A stretch of 64,000 nt of DNA, taken from contig MNCI01002585.1 of assembly GCA_015680685.1 (NCBI GenBank), positions 118,351 to 182,350 of the forward strand, given 5' to 3'. The position numbers and the translations under genes are program-made. The DNA is from Gnetum montanum. Its lineage: Eukaryota; Plantae; Gnetophyta. This document shows, piece by piece, positions 39,936-54,287 of the stretch. A model generated the notes under the pieces. That model was not told where the DNA came from, made no database searches, and saw only the letters and a list, made by a program, of their open reading frames with translations. Position 1 is the stretch's first letter; each line of letters begins with the position of its first letter.

Positions 39936-42900
39936 ATGGCCTTAAACTAGGAAGCTATTCACATTTATGATCCCAGAGATGTGGTTTTAGTAGAGTGCAA
40001 ATAATCTCTTAGATGGCTAGAACAAGACTCAACTTATGCAAATATTAGCAAAAAGTATTACAATTTTATTTGTATGAAAATTGAAGCTGGCTTACTTATC
40101 CCATGCACAAAATATAAATCCAAATGTCAAGTTGAGATTATTCAACAAGAAAAAAAAGAGTATATTCCCTCTTTGTATGACCAAATTGAGCTAACAAAGT
40201 TTCAAGCATGCCTATTAGCATGACTGGTGGACATAGATGAGGCAAGTAAGGAGGTTAATTTAAAATAAAACCAAGAGGACCAGGATGAATTTAGGACTAA
40301 GTATGAGGTAGATACATTCATAGAGGACCTTCTAAAATGGTCTCTTCTAGAGGAGACTATCCTTAACTCTACACATCCTATCTTGGCAATCAACCAAGCA
40401 TCCCTTGTGACTGCTACAAGCCAAGTGTCATAACCTACCTCCCTATTTACTTCTATGTTCACTTCAACACCTGTTGTCACTATGCAATACTCTCAAAAAG
40501 TCTTCCACTTTGCTTCACTATTTACATCAATGCCTTTTATGACTTAGCCTTATTCAGTACACCCATCACTAGTGGTATCTACCACATCATCTTCTTTCAT
40601 CATCCTAGTGGGCCCCTCATTTGGAATCCAAGTTTCACAAGCCTCTCATATCCCCATTGTTCCCTTCATTTTTCATGTCCTAACTCAAACATCATTTTTA
40701 CTATTCAACTCCCCATACAATGGTGATCACATAACCCTTATAATTCATAACAATGCCAATTGCATGGACTAAACCCATTCACCCTCCTTCCCAACCATTA
40801 GTACAAACACCCCAACCTATGGGAGCACCTAAAAACTTGGATAGAACCTTCCAAATAATCTAAGACCTCACCAAAGAGGTATGAAGACTTAAAGCTAGCA
40901 CAATTGAAATGGTAAAAATTATGGATTTTTATCAAGATGATCATATTGACCCTACCATTCTATAGATAACTCTTCCTACAAGTATCCTAATATCATACTT
41001 TATCAAGTACAATAGTGAGGGTGATCCCAATATCCATCTCATTACTTTCTGTTTTGAATGCTTATTGCTACAAGCTTGGTTGCATATAGTGATGCACATC
41101 TTTTCCATGTCTCTAACTATAAAAGACCTAAACTCATACTATGCACTATCTAGAGGCTTCGTTGCCTTTCTAGATGACTTCATTACATAATTCATTAACT
41201 ATTTCAATTATAACTTGAAACCTAATACAACATTAGACTAACTTATGAAGGTAAACTAGGGCCTCCTTGAACCTATTCAAAAATTCATATAGAGATGGAA
41301 TGCTATCCTTAATGAAATCCCTAAACCCATATCTGAAACACATCTTTACACCATCTTCAAGGGGACAGTTAATGATTTTATTAAGTCCAAGCTCTACTAC
41401 TTAGACCCCCAATCACTTAGTTAGGTCTTTTCCCAAACCAAAAACATAGAAGATGCTATGGAAGCTAATAATTATCTAGCTTATATAGCATATAAGAACC
41501 AACACATGAGGAGGGATAGAGAAAAGGAAAATCAAAACAATGTAGTCATGAGCATGGTGGCCAAAGTAACAAAAAATAACATAGGGACCAAGGACAAGAC
41601 ATCCCAAGGTCTCTACCACCACAGCTCAACTATTAATATCCAATGCTTCCATCTCAAACCCATCAAAACTAAACTTTAAAAGAAAATATTAGACTAAGTA
41701 CACAAAGCTACCTATGAAGCCTTTAAAGCTTCTTGATTAGTTACATAGAAATAATTATATTTGACATAAACAATTGTCAAAGAAGGCTCAAAAGAGGCAT
41801 GATCCTCTTTGTGAAATTGCTAGAAATTCCTTCATAGCCACAAAAGATGATCCTCCCATGACTAAACACTTCAAAAAAATATTAATTCTGCCACTATCAT
41901 TAGATTCTTGAACATGATAGCCCTAAAATATTATTTATAGAAGATGATAGATAGTGAAGAGTTAGTTCTAGATGCGTCCAACCCAAATAGGTCCTAAAAC
42001 CATCATATGCAAGTGTACAATGACCCACTAAACACTAACAATGACCAATATATCATAATCACATTTAATGTTAATGATAAGCCTAAACCTTTTAGGAAGT
42101 AATTTTTGATTCATGTACCTTATCATGATGAAAATAATTCAACTTCTACAAGTTCAAGAACTCCTTTTGTTATATGGACATCACCATCTATGTTTTCCAA
42201 AGAATCTTTATCATTAGGATGATCCCTTCTTCCACCTCTAAACCTATAATCCAATTGGACCAACATCCTCTTGTAGTGGCCAATGCATCAGCCTCTTCCC
42301 AACCAAATAACAAGGAATTATCATAAAAGAAATGCAAGAAGCTAGCTTTTGAGCCAAAGGCTAAGGAAAATAACCCATCAAATGTGTGGAAGTAAGTAGA
42401 TCCACCAAAGCCTGCTCTAATTTCTTCCATACCCATGGATACCAATGCTTCAAATGCCTCTACAAGACAACCTTGGGAGGATAACTAAAAATAAGAGAAA
42501 CGAAAGGGGTCAAAACAACAAATGTTGAATCATGAGGTTAAGATCCTAGGTAGAATAGAGTAGATCAAATCCAACAATGTTGATAAGATAATCAACATTT
42601 ATAAAAACTTACACACTATCATGGAGTAGGTCAAGCTCTCTCTTAAACAAAAAAATACCTCTCTGAGCCTATATGACCTAGTTATGTTCTTCCCTATCCA
42701 TTAAGAAGCTCTAATTAAGATGTTAACTTCTATTTTCATGAATGAGAATATACTTGCCAACTAGGAGTCCATCCATGTGGTGATGGTACCACCTTCATCT
42801 AGGGAAGAAATGAAGTTAACTATCTTACCATTTCATGATATTGATATGAAGACCAATTATATAGTGGTAAAGTGTCAAGAGACCCTTTCTTTATAATGAT

Positions 42901-43528
42901 AATGATTGATCAATACAAAGTACATCAAGTGCATATTGATGACGAGGCAATCACAAATGTTATACCCTTTCCTATCATGGAGTGCTTGGGCTTGGTAGAA
43001 CATATCCAAAACACCTCCACCTCTATCCTTAAGTACTTTACTAGATCATAGGTAGTGGTGAAAGGATCCATTTTGCTAAACCTCTTGGCTGGAAAATAAT
43101 TTTTCACATCCATCAATTTCTTAATAATGAAAGAGATACTAGGTTTTAACCTAATCTTAGGGAGACCCAGGTTGGTCAAATTACAGGCAGCCTCTTCTTT
43201 GATCCATCAAGAGATTTATCTACCTTATGAAAGAGGTAAACTTATAATCCACAAAGATAATTTAGTCTCCTTGTTCATTAACAATGTTGACATAGAGCAA
43301 GGATTTGAGATGTAGTTTCAAGAAAAAACTCCTACAACCAAAAATGATGTTAAGAACTATAGTGACATTAACCAAGTCAAGATCATCAACATTGGGATCA
43401 TAAACAAATCATGGGAAGAGCTCCCATTTAACATTGTGATCTAAGGAAATATAGAGTACAAGATCATGCAATAAAGACCTTATACATTTTCTAATCTTTT
43501 GAAGATTAGAAAATAGTTGTATGATTGA
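39936..43528 (+). pseudogene. gag: Degenerate gag-protease of element B
   Basis: FIKYNSEGDPNIHLITFCFECLLLQAW (~41000); VHIDDEAITNVI; LGFNLILGRPRLVKLQAASSLIHQEIYLPY. Ends LLKIRK(Q)LYD* like copy A. Confidence 0.85.
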
Positions 43529-44016
43529 GTACATTACCTACTTTCTTGTCCTTGTACATATGTATGGTTGTTTAACTCATACTCTTATTTTTTATTTTTT
43601 ACTTACATTTTTACATATTTTTTTCCTTATAGTTTTTGCCTTATTACATCACATTTGTTAGTTTTCTACATGGCCCTACTTTATATTTTTCACATTGATT
43701 TACTATATGCATTTATTCCTTATGTTTACATAAAATTACAAAGCAACATAAAAATAGAAAACATGAAATAAAATAAAAACTATAAAATATGAAAAGAAAA
43801 AAATTTAAAACTAACTAGTAGCCATGGTCACAATCTGTGACAAATAACATAAATAAATAAATAAATATAATGTCCATATCACATAGCCATAGTTATGTTG
43901 TGCAACAAACATTAACAAAATAATACATAGTCTCCAAGGCTGTGGTAGCCAAATAAAAACAACTATAATAGCATAACAAAAATAACAAACCATGACATGT
44001 CCAACAACAACCAAGA

Positions 44017-47000
44017 CTAAGCCATAGGAGGAGGAGAAGGATCATCATCAATGTCATCACCAATGTTAATACCATTATCACCTAAAGCCTATAAAAAATG
44101 AAATAAGAAAATGATTAATAACCATAATGAACAAGGAGTATAACAATACAATAGTAAAAACAACAACAAAAATTACAATATAAAAACTGAAAACATATTT
44201 TTAAAAACCTCAAGGGATTCAAGGGTAATATCTTTAGAAGTAAATGTTTGAAGACCAATCTCTAGCCTATGAAGAATCTATTCTTCCTCATATTAGCCTA
44301 GTCAATTTCCCCCAAATCCACTCCTACCAAGAACTTTCTCCTCTATATATCCACCCACTCAAGTGAAGCATGGGAAAGGTTAGTCATAGTAGCTTCCCTT
44401 GACACAATAGTGATCTAAGAAGTTGAAGAATCAACAACCACCACTAATTTTGCACACATCTTGAAGGTGTCATCTATATCTATCCCTTGCATTAATAGCT
44501 CATGTTTTCACCACTTCATGGCCTTCTCATGTCATAATTTCGGGTAACTCTCTTTTTCCACCTTGTATTATTTCTTGTGGACCTTTTTTTTCTTTCCCCA
44601 TTCCAATACTTAAGCACAATAATCTCTCTAATTCCTAGTCTTATGAAGTAACAACTCCATCTACACATCCTTCTCCACATTACTCCTAGCTAGAGAAACT
44701 TTACTTTGGAGGGTGTTCTAGTAGCATGACCACTTGAATTCCTTAGTGTACAAAGAGTTTCTATTAGTCACATAGGCCTCTATAAAGTCCTTGCAATCCT
44801 TAGGACTCTTGTTTTCATTTGATAACTCCTTGACCTAGTTTTTCAAAGCCACAACCACTCTTATAGAAACTCATTGGAGTGTTGGAACTCTTAAGATATT
44901 TTTGCACATGATATAGCACACTTGGTAGACCCTTCATATAATCTTCATGAAACATATTCCACATCAAGCAGTAGCTTAGAGAGTTCATCAAATTCCATGT
45001 CTTATGTAGGATCCCATCTAGTCTAGAATATTTTCATAGATAAAAAATACATAGAATTAAAAATGATAATAAAAAATATAATGAAAACAACTAAAAAACA
45101 TTTAAAAAAATATTAAGACCATGTAGCAATAAAATGTGAAAACATATAAGAAGATAAAAAATGTAAAATAAAAATAATCTAACTTCTCTTACCAACATTA
45201 GGGGCTATCTATTGTAATCTATCCACAATAACATCTAGCATTTCTTTCATGAACTCCATCTTATATGGGACCTCCATCTAATGCTTAAAACAAAATGTAG
45301 ATGTAGATGCTTTTAGAGGAGGCTCATGCACTGTAATAATCATAACAATCAATACACTTTACAACAAAAGCATATAAAACTTAAAACAAAAAAAACATAA
45401 ACAACATTAAAGTTTACTAGGAAGATAATGAGGCACATCCATTGAAGGGTTTTCTTCTAGAGGAAAATCATCAAAGATCAAATCCAAAACATCTAGGGCT
45501 TCCTTGGATGTCCTTCCTCTTCTTCCATGTGTCTTTTTTCATCATTCACAACTTCTTGGACAACCAACTCTTATTTCTTTCCTATAACAAACTCAATTCA
45601 AAAAAAATAAAACAAATTAGTAAACATGTTTTAACAATAAAAATATAACTTAAAAAGTATAATAAGAAAATAACACAAAAATTGAAAATATGAAAATATA
45701 AAAGTATATACATACCTCTAATACAACCATTGATCTTGTTAAGCATGATGGTCAGCTTTCTACATGTTGGCTAATGAACAACAAAAGTGCTTTCATTAAG
45801 TCATGGCCTCTTAATCATTTTCCTAGAAGTATCATATGCTTTTTTGCATATCCTTTTTGCTCTCTTTGCATTACCATGCCAAGCCTAGGGCTCCATCCCC
45901 ATTCTATCAAGGGAACAATCACATAAACCACTAAAATTCTTAATGGTAATCGACAACAACTCTTTAACATCTGGTACGGGTGGATCTTGGACATGCATCA
46001 TTTGAATGAAATGTTTAGCCTAAGGCTTGAAAACTTTGAAAGCATCCAATGACACCCACTTTCCATTCTTCCTAATCACCAAGAACTTCATGAACCTTCT
46101 AAGGTATGCACTGAAGAATGTAAAATGTACATGATATATAGAGTCAAGGCTATTATAGAGTTTTTAGACTTCATCTTGTAGCCTAGTAACCAAAAAGGTA
46201 GCCCAATCAAACCTAGTGTCATCAATTAAATCCCTTTTCATTATCCAAGCCTATTAAACTCCTATGGTTTTCTTATATGATAGTAGCATGAAATATGCTC
46301 TAGAATGAAAAAGAGGATAAGTCTCATTTGCTTTCTCAACTTCACACTTGCTAAAAGAAAAAACATAGCACCTAAAGGAAATTTGTGCCAATCATCCATC
46401 TTCTCTTTGTGGATCCCATCTTTCTCTACTCTAATGGCAACATTAATACTACTAGAAGATAGGTTAAGGAGATCACTAAACATAGACTCATTAATGTTCA
46501 AAACCATAGGAAGGCCATGAATGCAAGTGATGAATTTGATGATCCCCTCATCAAAAGAGTCAATCATGTTTAACATTTCAATAGGTGACATTGATGGACT
46601 AGGTAGCATTAATAGGTCAAACTAACCTACATTAGTGAGCCTCTATTGAATATCTGTAGGAGCCCTATCTACCAACCATTTCTATGAGAGGTCTACATCA
46701 TCCTACTTAAATTGAATCTTCTCCATTGCACACCCTACAATGATCATGGTGACTATAGACTCATGCACGGAAACTATGGTACAACATAGTTGAATAGTTA
46801 ACCTCATAAATGCATAAAAAATCAAAAATACTAAAACCATTGACATTACTTTAACAACTTTTACTAACCAAGCTTAGGCAAAGCTAGAACCTTAGGTTAA
46901 ACTAGAATACGCACTCTTAGATCTTAGCAAGCCCACCATATGTGTGTGGGATTGGTAGCTATACATGTTTGGTATACATGAGAGTATTGCATAAGGTACC

Positions 47001-49058
47001 TACCAAACTCATCACTAAGCTAGTCAAGCACTTACACTCTAATGGCATCACCTTACTCAAACTATTTCAAAGATATATGGGCCACCAATAGAGTTTCATG
47101 TTTCCTCACCAATCCTCCATGGTTTACCCTATACCTACAATAATGAAGCACAAAAAAAATTAGAACAAACAACACTAAAATAAAAAATTAAACAAAACAT
47201 GTTAACTTGAAACCAAGCTTATGCGCTTAGTAGGTAGACAATTCCAAGAGGGTTTTAGAATAGGGTCTTTATGTAGTGTCCCAACATCATGGTTTTGTTA
47301 GTGTTGTACTATGAATACTTAGGCATCTCCCATATTTAGAATAATCATCGAACTCTGACTGAATATGAGCCCTCATTTTGTGCTATCTCTCTTTGAGTGT
47401 CAAGGCTATCCACCATGAATTGTAGGATGTAGTTAGAAGTCCCTGCTATGAGAGTCTTTGTATTATGATTGCAACATCTATAACCAAGTGTGACAACATA
47501 ATCACATTGTAATTGTGGAGTAGATACATCAAGAATTCTATGGTGTCAAGTCTAAACCATATTGGGGTGTGATAGTCAAGATTCATATCAAGGTTTAAGC
47601 TCTTTTGTGTATCCATCCCTGTGCAACATAAAATTCCCACTAACTCAATGACAATTGGGATAGGTTTCAGCAATGGCCTATAAATAGACATATAATCACA
47701 TAACCATAAGAAGTAATAAAAAACATTTAAATAAAATTAAACCCAAAATAACCCCTAGGGTAACAATGTTTTCATTCAAAAAAATACATAAAAATGACCA
47801 AGTTTTGCAATGTAACCACCTGTATAATGCAACTCAAAATCAAGCATTTAGACATCAAATTACATAGTAAAAGAGCTAAATTTGACATCTTAATAGCCAT
47901 GAAACATAGAAAAAATAAATTTGATAGTTTGATAATCTTCTGACATTCAAAAAAATTGATAATATTTTGACATTCAAACAAGTTAATTTGGCCTTGTGCT
48001 AACCATGTTGACATTTTCACAAACAATTGGCCTACAAGGCCCTAAATTAAGCATTTTCACAAACACTTAGATTGGAACATAGACTTTGAAAAAACATGAG
48101 TCCAAAATTGATAGCACTATGAGTTAATGGGAAGAGAATGCCTATAATGAGTGGTCATTGAAATTCCACAATAAAAAACGCCTAAAATACAAAAAAAGTA
48201 GAAGAAAAAATCACAAGTTTTCTTGGTTGCTAGAACCCCTACATTATCATCCTCCATTGTGCAAGATCCCAAGAACCCTCATATGCTACCCTAGCAAGCC
48301 CAAAGAGTGTCATACATTGGCCATAGGACATAGAAAAAATTTGACAATGGCCAAAAGCCAATCCTAAGGCCCAACACTATCAATTATAGCGATAAATATT
48401 GCAAAACTCTACAATTAAAACTACAACTGATCAACACAAATTCCAAGGCTAGAAAACATATAGTAAATATTTTTAAAATTCCAAACTTCATCTAAGAACA
48501 TCCTAAACTACATATATGATCTCTAAGAAACTTAATCGTTGACCACATGTACCCAAAAGACTCCAAATGCTACCAGTTTTTCCATGAAAAAACAACAAAA
48601 TTTCATGAAAATGGGATAGAATGCTGAAATTTGGATTGGAAAAAATCCATAAAAAATCTAAAAACTATGATTCCACGTCCATTATAGTTGAAAAATACCA
48701 AATAATAGATCTATGTAGTCAAAACTTGAAACGTTTATCGTACCTAAACTAGAAAAAACACAAAAGTTGAGTCAAAATTGGTAAAAATGGGGCAAAAACA
48801 CTATGCACAGGTTTGGGAAAAAATAAAAATCTCTATTAGAAGATGCAAAAAAATCCAAATTTCACTACCAACATGATTGAAGAAACTAAACCTTTAATTC
48901 AACATAGTCGAAATGAAAAATTTCAACCAAATTAAGCCTACAAGTCGAAAAATGTTTTCACAAATTCATCAAAAATCAAAATAAATGGTAGAAGATTAGT
49001 ACTTAGAAGTCCTTGATGAAGATCCTTTGCCTATAGAAGGATTTAGAATCCTAGAAAT
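44017..49058 (-). pseudogene. Antisense multi-exon FCP1-like/PMD-like gene, copy B (first exon cut by LTR insertion at 49059)
   Basis: PIVIELVGILC...WFRLDTIEFLMYLLHNYNVIMLSH; IWEMPKYS(Q)YNTNKTMMLGHY...NP; DEFGRY; IEMLNMIDSFDEGIIKFITCIHGLPMVLNINESMFSDLLNL. Donors conserved with A (aatgttg|gtaaga; GKGSSSRTS|gt). Last exon ...PPMA*. Confidence 0.75.
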
Positions 49059-50480
49059 TATAATGCCTAGAAAATTCAGTGCTAGAAAACCAAGAATTAT
49101 AGGTGAAATAGTTTAACTTCAAATCGCAAGGGCCTCTAAGAAGATGATCTAAAGCACTTTGGATGGTCTTGTTGATCACCCAAGCACTTAAAAGTGTAAA
49201 CAGTGCAATATAATTTAATAGAGAATGTAGATCTAATCTAAGAAAAATCACAAAATTTAAACTTGGAATAAACTTGCATAGATAAATAAACTACTAATTT
49301 TTATTAAAATAATAAAAATATTACAAAAGAAAAGTTTCAAGGTGTACAAGTGTATGCCTAGATGCATAAGGAGTTGCCCAAATGATGCCTAAAGTTTGGT
49401 GAAACTAGTAGTTTGTGTCCTATAGTTGATTGCATAATCCAGGTACTTCCTAACCCTAACTTCTGAAACTCCTCACTAGTTCTTATATGTAGATATACTA
49501 CACTAGTTAAAAAATGGGTAACGTAATTGTAGCATTGATTTGCAAAGGGGATAAGATAATTGTAGCATTGGTTGTAAAGGGAATAAGGTAATTGCAGCAT
49601 TGGTTGCAAAGGGGGTAAGGAATGTGTAGCTTTGGTTTCCAAGGGGGTAAGGTAATTGCAGCATTGGTTGCAAAGGGGATAAGGTAATTGTAGCATTGGT
49701 TTCAAAGGGGGTAAAGTATGTGTAGTGTTAGTTGCCAAGGGGATAAGGTATGTGCAACATTGGTTGTGAAGGAGGCAAGGTATGTGCAACAGTGGTTGCT
49801 AAGGGGGTAAGGTATATGTAGATTTGGTTGCCAAGGGGGTAAGGTATGTCCAACTTTGGTTGCCAAGGGGGTAAGGTATGTTCTTAACTTTTTGGTATTG
49901 GACAATTGCTTTGAGAGTCTCTAATGTTCAGCAATTGCTAGTTTTCTAAAAGTCCTCTTAAAGTGTAGGAATTTGATTTAAATAGGTTTCTGGTGTTCAA
50001 TTTATTACTGCAAATTTTTTGCCATGATTGTTGAGAAATTGATATAATTTGTAAGTGTTGTAGGCCATTATTTCCAACATAGTTTTCCATTTATGGTAAA
50101 TTTTGATGCACCCAAGCCATTAAAACTATGATGGATACCATAAATAGTAAGTGCACTTTTGAGAACTACAAAAGCTTCACCAAATTATGATGGCCTTGTA
50201 GCATCCACATTGGAATTGTTGGAGCAACGTTAGCCTTGTTGGAGCAACACTAAGATTTCTAGAAAATGAAAACTCCAACCACTCCAATAGTGGCTTCATG
50301 AGAAAAGTAGCAACCCCACAACTCTAATGCTAACCTTGTGGCATCCACACTAGGTGTTATGGCAACTATGCTAGCCACTACTAGAAAAATGAAATCCAAC
50401 ACTTCCAATGCTATGTCGATGGTTTCAACATAGTTCCAACGTAGTTCCTAAGGCATTTTCAGCCTTCCCAAGCCCAAATA
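49059..50480 (-). repeat. 3' LTR of element D
   Basis: Starts tataatgcctagaaaattc (cf. tgttatgtctaagaaattc at 38378). Aligns with both LTRs of A apart from a minisatellite expansion. Confidence 0.75.
49505..49885. repeat. 32-bp minisatellite, ~12 units (ggtaattgcagcattggttgcaaagggggtaa)
   Basis: taagg core recurs at 49584, 49616, 49648, 49680, 49712, 49744... with a 32-bp period. Confidence 0.95.
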
Positions 50481-51153
50481 TAGATATAACATGACTTTTT
50501 CCACCTAGGAAGTGAGGCCACAACAACTTATGAGGCATTGTTTAGCCCCAAAAGTTCAAGTATGTGAGACCGCAGCTCATGGGCTATAAACCTCACACTT
50601 TAGAATAAAAATCTAGCCTCAAGTTTAAGGGTGAAAACTACAATGCCAAAGGGTTGGAACATGAATTTCCTTGGTGGTGTTTCATTGGCCCCTCTTTGTT
50701 GATGTTTTGAGAATTTATTCAAGAGACATTGACAATGAATACAAAATACCATTGTAGGTCCATCACAAACATTTCCTTTCTGTGCTCGATTTTGTTGCTG
50801 TCGAACCATGGTAAAAAGTGCTTGTGATGATGAGATGAGGTTATGATGAAATGACAAAGGGTAAAGGCTATATTTGGTTATAAGAAAATGGTTACATAAT
50901 TAACAATGAGTTCCAAATGTTGACATCATGAGTATAGTTATGGCAATGACATTTTGACTAATCAAAGTGGTCTTCATGCTTCATGCTTTGAAGTGTTGGC
51001 AACTCGATGATGTTTTTGAGGAATCAATACCCTGCTCCAAGGTTTCTTTGGCCATTAGGCTTTTCCCTTTGCTTGTTTGGAGCCATTGATTTATCTTTTG
51101 ATCTTCATTGATCTTTTGGCCTTCTTGGTAATTTGTTTCCTCCCTTTTTCTTT

Positions 51154-51189
<36 letters not shown>

Positions 51190-53419
51190 NGGTAAAACCT
51201 TCATTGGGTTTCATTGCCAAGGTTGAATGTAATTTGGTTTGCTTGCTTAATGAGATGTATTCTATCTAACAAACTTGATGATAGAGCATGACAAAGGAGA
51301 TGTCACATGGCCACAACACATGAGTGTCAAACATTAACCATCATTGTTGTTCAGGGTAAGAAAGGCTATAATTAGACTATAGGATTAGGACTCAAGGAGG
51401 GGTAATGGAAGTGATGTGAGACAAACACTCTTGGTATGACAATATAAGCCAACCGAATCTTATGCATTAAGGTCACATGGTAACTTGCTTCTATGGTGAA
51501 TTGCACCTTCGTGATGACTTTAGACTCCATCTTGCAAGTGCAACTCCAAGAGACCAAGGAGATACAACAAAGAAACCATGTTGTTACAAAGTAATGCATA
51601 AGACTACATGAGACAACCAGCAAACTAGGCCACCATAGGTTACTATCGTTACAACATTGGAAGATCTATGTAATGTGCATCAAACAAAGAGAGATATAGA
51701 GAGAGAAGTGGGGATCATGCAGGCTCACTTACTATGAGTTGTAGACCATCAAATTCATCAACACTAATCATTTGTTCCGACCTATCAACAATGATAAACA
51801 ACACTACAAACAAACATGTGGGTGTTAAATGTAATCAAGGCTATGTGATGGCTTTAATGTTGCATAGAAAGGATTTGATGTTGTCTTGAGTAGGCTTAAG
51901 TTCTAGTGAGAAACTTGGTTCAAGGTGCTTTCTCCTCACCATCACTATCTAGATGGGAACTTTGACTAAGGGACCCTCCATGATGTTTTTAGCTTCGAGG
52001 TTAATGGTAATCAAGCTACTTCAGGATGTTGAGGTTGTATGGTAGAATCGCTTTAAGGATTAAGGTTTGAAGACTTTAAGGTCAACTTGGTCTAACAACA
52101 TCACGAGAGGGGCTTGTTTAGACCTTAAGGCTAGTCGAATTTGCTCCCTTATCCTCCTAGCTCAATCCTACATGACTACATAAGCCCCTCAAGTGGCATC
52201 TATGTAATAAAATTGTTAAATAATGTAAAAATAGTGCAAAATACTTTAATAATAAAGAAAATGTGAGTCAAAAAATTAAATCAATGCTAAAGAAGGTCAA
52301 AACATGGTCAAGGAAGGTCACTAGGGGTATATTAAGGCAAACAAGGTGAAATAAAGGCCAAACAATGTAGGATAGGGTCAAATGATGGTCAAAACCCCAT
52401 AAAACAATGTCCATACAAGGTCAAATAGGATTAAAGATGTCAAATGACATCAAATGATGTCAAATCAAGCTCCAAACAATGTTGAACAATTGGAGCAATA
52501 TGGGCAAACAAGATCAAAGGATGTAGAAATGATGAAAATGAGGTCAAATGATACAAAGTGATATGAAAATGATAAATAAGAAACAAGTTCAAATATGGTG
52601 GAACAAAGAGAAATTAGAGAAGACAGTGTAATGTATGGTCAAATAAGGTCAATCATGATCACTTTGTGCTAGTTTTAGGCCTTAGTGGATCATAAGGTTG
52701 CTAGTTTTAAGCCTTAGTGGGTTATGGTGTTGCTAGTTTTAGGCCTTGATGGGCTAAAGTGGGAGGCCTATTTCACTTGGCAAGGTTGCTACGAGCTAAA
52801 AGCAAGGTGAGACTAAGGTAAAGGAAGGGCAAAAATCAAGTTAAAATTATTTAAAACATGGCAAAGTAAGTAGAGCCAATAGACAAATATTAAATTTAAT
52901 GTACATTTAAATTTTTCTTTCTTTTTGTGATTGTAGGGTTTCTACTGCCAAGCTGCGACAACTCAGGGGGGAAGGGGTGACATGGTAGTGTGTGACCAAC
53001 GGTAGCGGCATAGTGCAACATTGGTGACGTGATAGAGGATTTTCCATGACACAACGGAGGCTAGTGGCAAGGGTAGCAAAGAGAGGGTGTGAATGGGAAG
53101 GATATGCAGTGAAATCCTTGAGGTAGCTATTTCGTAATGTTGCTACCACTGATGAGGATCTCATCTATCGCAAGGGATGCCATCAATGCATGCAATGATG
53201 ACAACTTGGTAGTGCCTAAGTTGTGCCTCTTGCTCCACAAGGGAGGTTCCACTTGGGGCACCATTCATAGATAAGGGTAGGGCTAGCTATGGTGAGGCAC
53301 CGATGGTGACAACATCATGGGACGACAACATTACATTCAAAGGGAATATTAGCATACGTGGAATTTGACAACAACATGCACGACGTATCTTTGATGAAAA
53401 CAAGGTATTTTGCAGTTTC

Positions 53420-54130
53420 TGCCCGGCACCGGCCAAAACTACGCTGGCCAACGTAGGCGAGCGTAGCTGCGTTTGGTGGCTTTGGTCAAAAGTGCGCTGG
53501 CCCTAGTCAAACTAGGCTAGCCAGCGTAGTTCTTTTCTTTTCAGCGTAGTTTCAAATCTACGCTGGCCCTGGCCAATACTACGCCAGCCAGCCAGCGTGC
53601 GTAGTTCCAGCGAGGGACTACGCTAGCCAAGCAACCAAGCAGCGTAGTTCCAGCGAGGGTGGGGGTGGGGCTTTGGTTGCTGAGGCGAAGGCGACCGCGA
53701 CGACCTTCGAAGGGCAGGGGACGACATCCGACGACCGTGACGTGGCACGGCACCGCACGGCGCACGAAGGGTTTGAGAGCGTTGCCATGGGTTGGGGCCC
53801 TGCCCTGCCCTGCCCTGCAACCGATTGCAGGGCTGGGGCATGGCCCTTTGCGGGTCTAGCCAGGATGATGAGACGAGGGTTTTGATGGCGCCGCGGTGAT
53901 GCAGGATGAGGAATTTGGGCGTGGTACAGCAGGATGAGTGTTTTTGGACATAGAGTGGCAACGGCTCCGATGGCAATGCCAGGCGGCCATAGTTGGATGT
54001 ACAGGTATGGCACAGCAGACAACGGTGTGGCCCCAATGGTTTAGTGCAGAGTTCGTGCTTGTGCATGTGCCCAGTGTGCCCAGCGGAGGTTGTGTTCTAG
54101 AATTGTGTCTGTGCCCAGCGTGTGTTCGTG
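53420..54130. promoter_or_regulatory. GC/CpG-rich island with clustered CTACGCTGGCC/CCAGCGTAG motifs upstream of the Hsp70 fragment
   Basis: Abrupt high GC and intact CpGs. Repeated actacgctggcc / gccagcgtag. Hairpin gccctgcaa-ccga-ttgcagggc at 53812-53833. Confidence 0.55.
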
Positions 54131-54287
54131 CTTGCTTCTGCAAATTATTCTCTTCTGTACTCTCATTGACGCTCTAGTATTCACTCTAGTTTCTGCTATG
54201 TTCTGTTCTATTTCGTTTCATTTATTTTGGTTCAATCGTTCGTTTGCGATTTTCTGGTTTTTGTTTTTCTTCCGGTGTTGAGAAACA

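Noticed and set aside
49358-49905. Repetitive Pro/Cys-rich ORFs and CRISPR-like regular repeats
   Set aside because: Translation of a 32-bp tandem minisatellite; no unique spacers, no cas genes, eukaryotic context.
51143-51190. Long poly-T as a retroposed poly(A) tail
   Set aside because: Lies within sequence collinear with 14420-14435 and ends in an N; likely slippage or an assembly join.
53541-54281. Many overlapping ORFs in all frames
   Set aside because: Expected from high GC; no recognisable domains.
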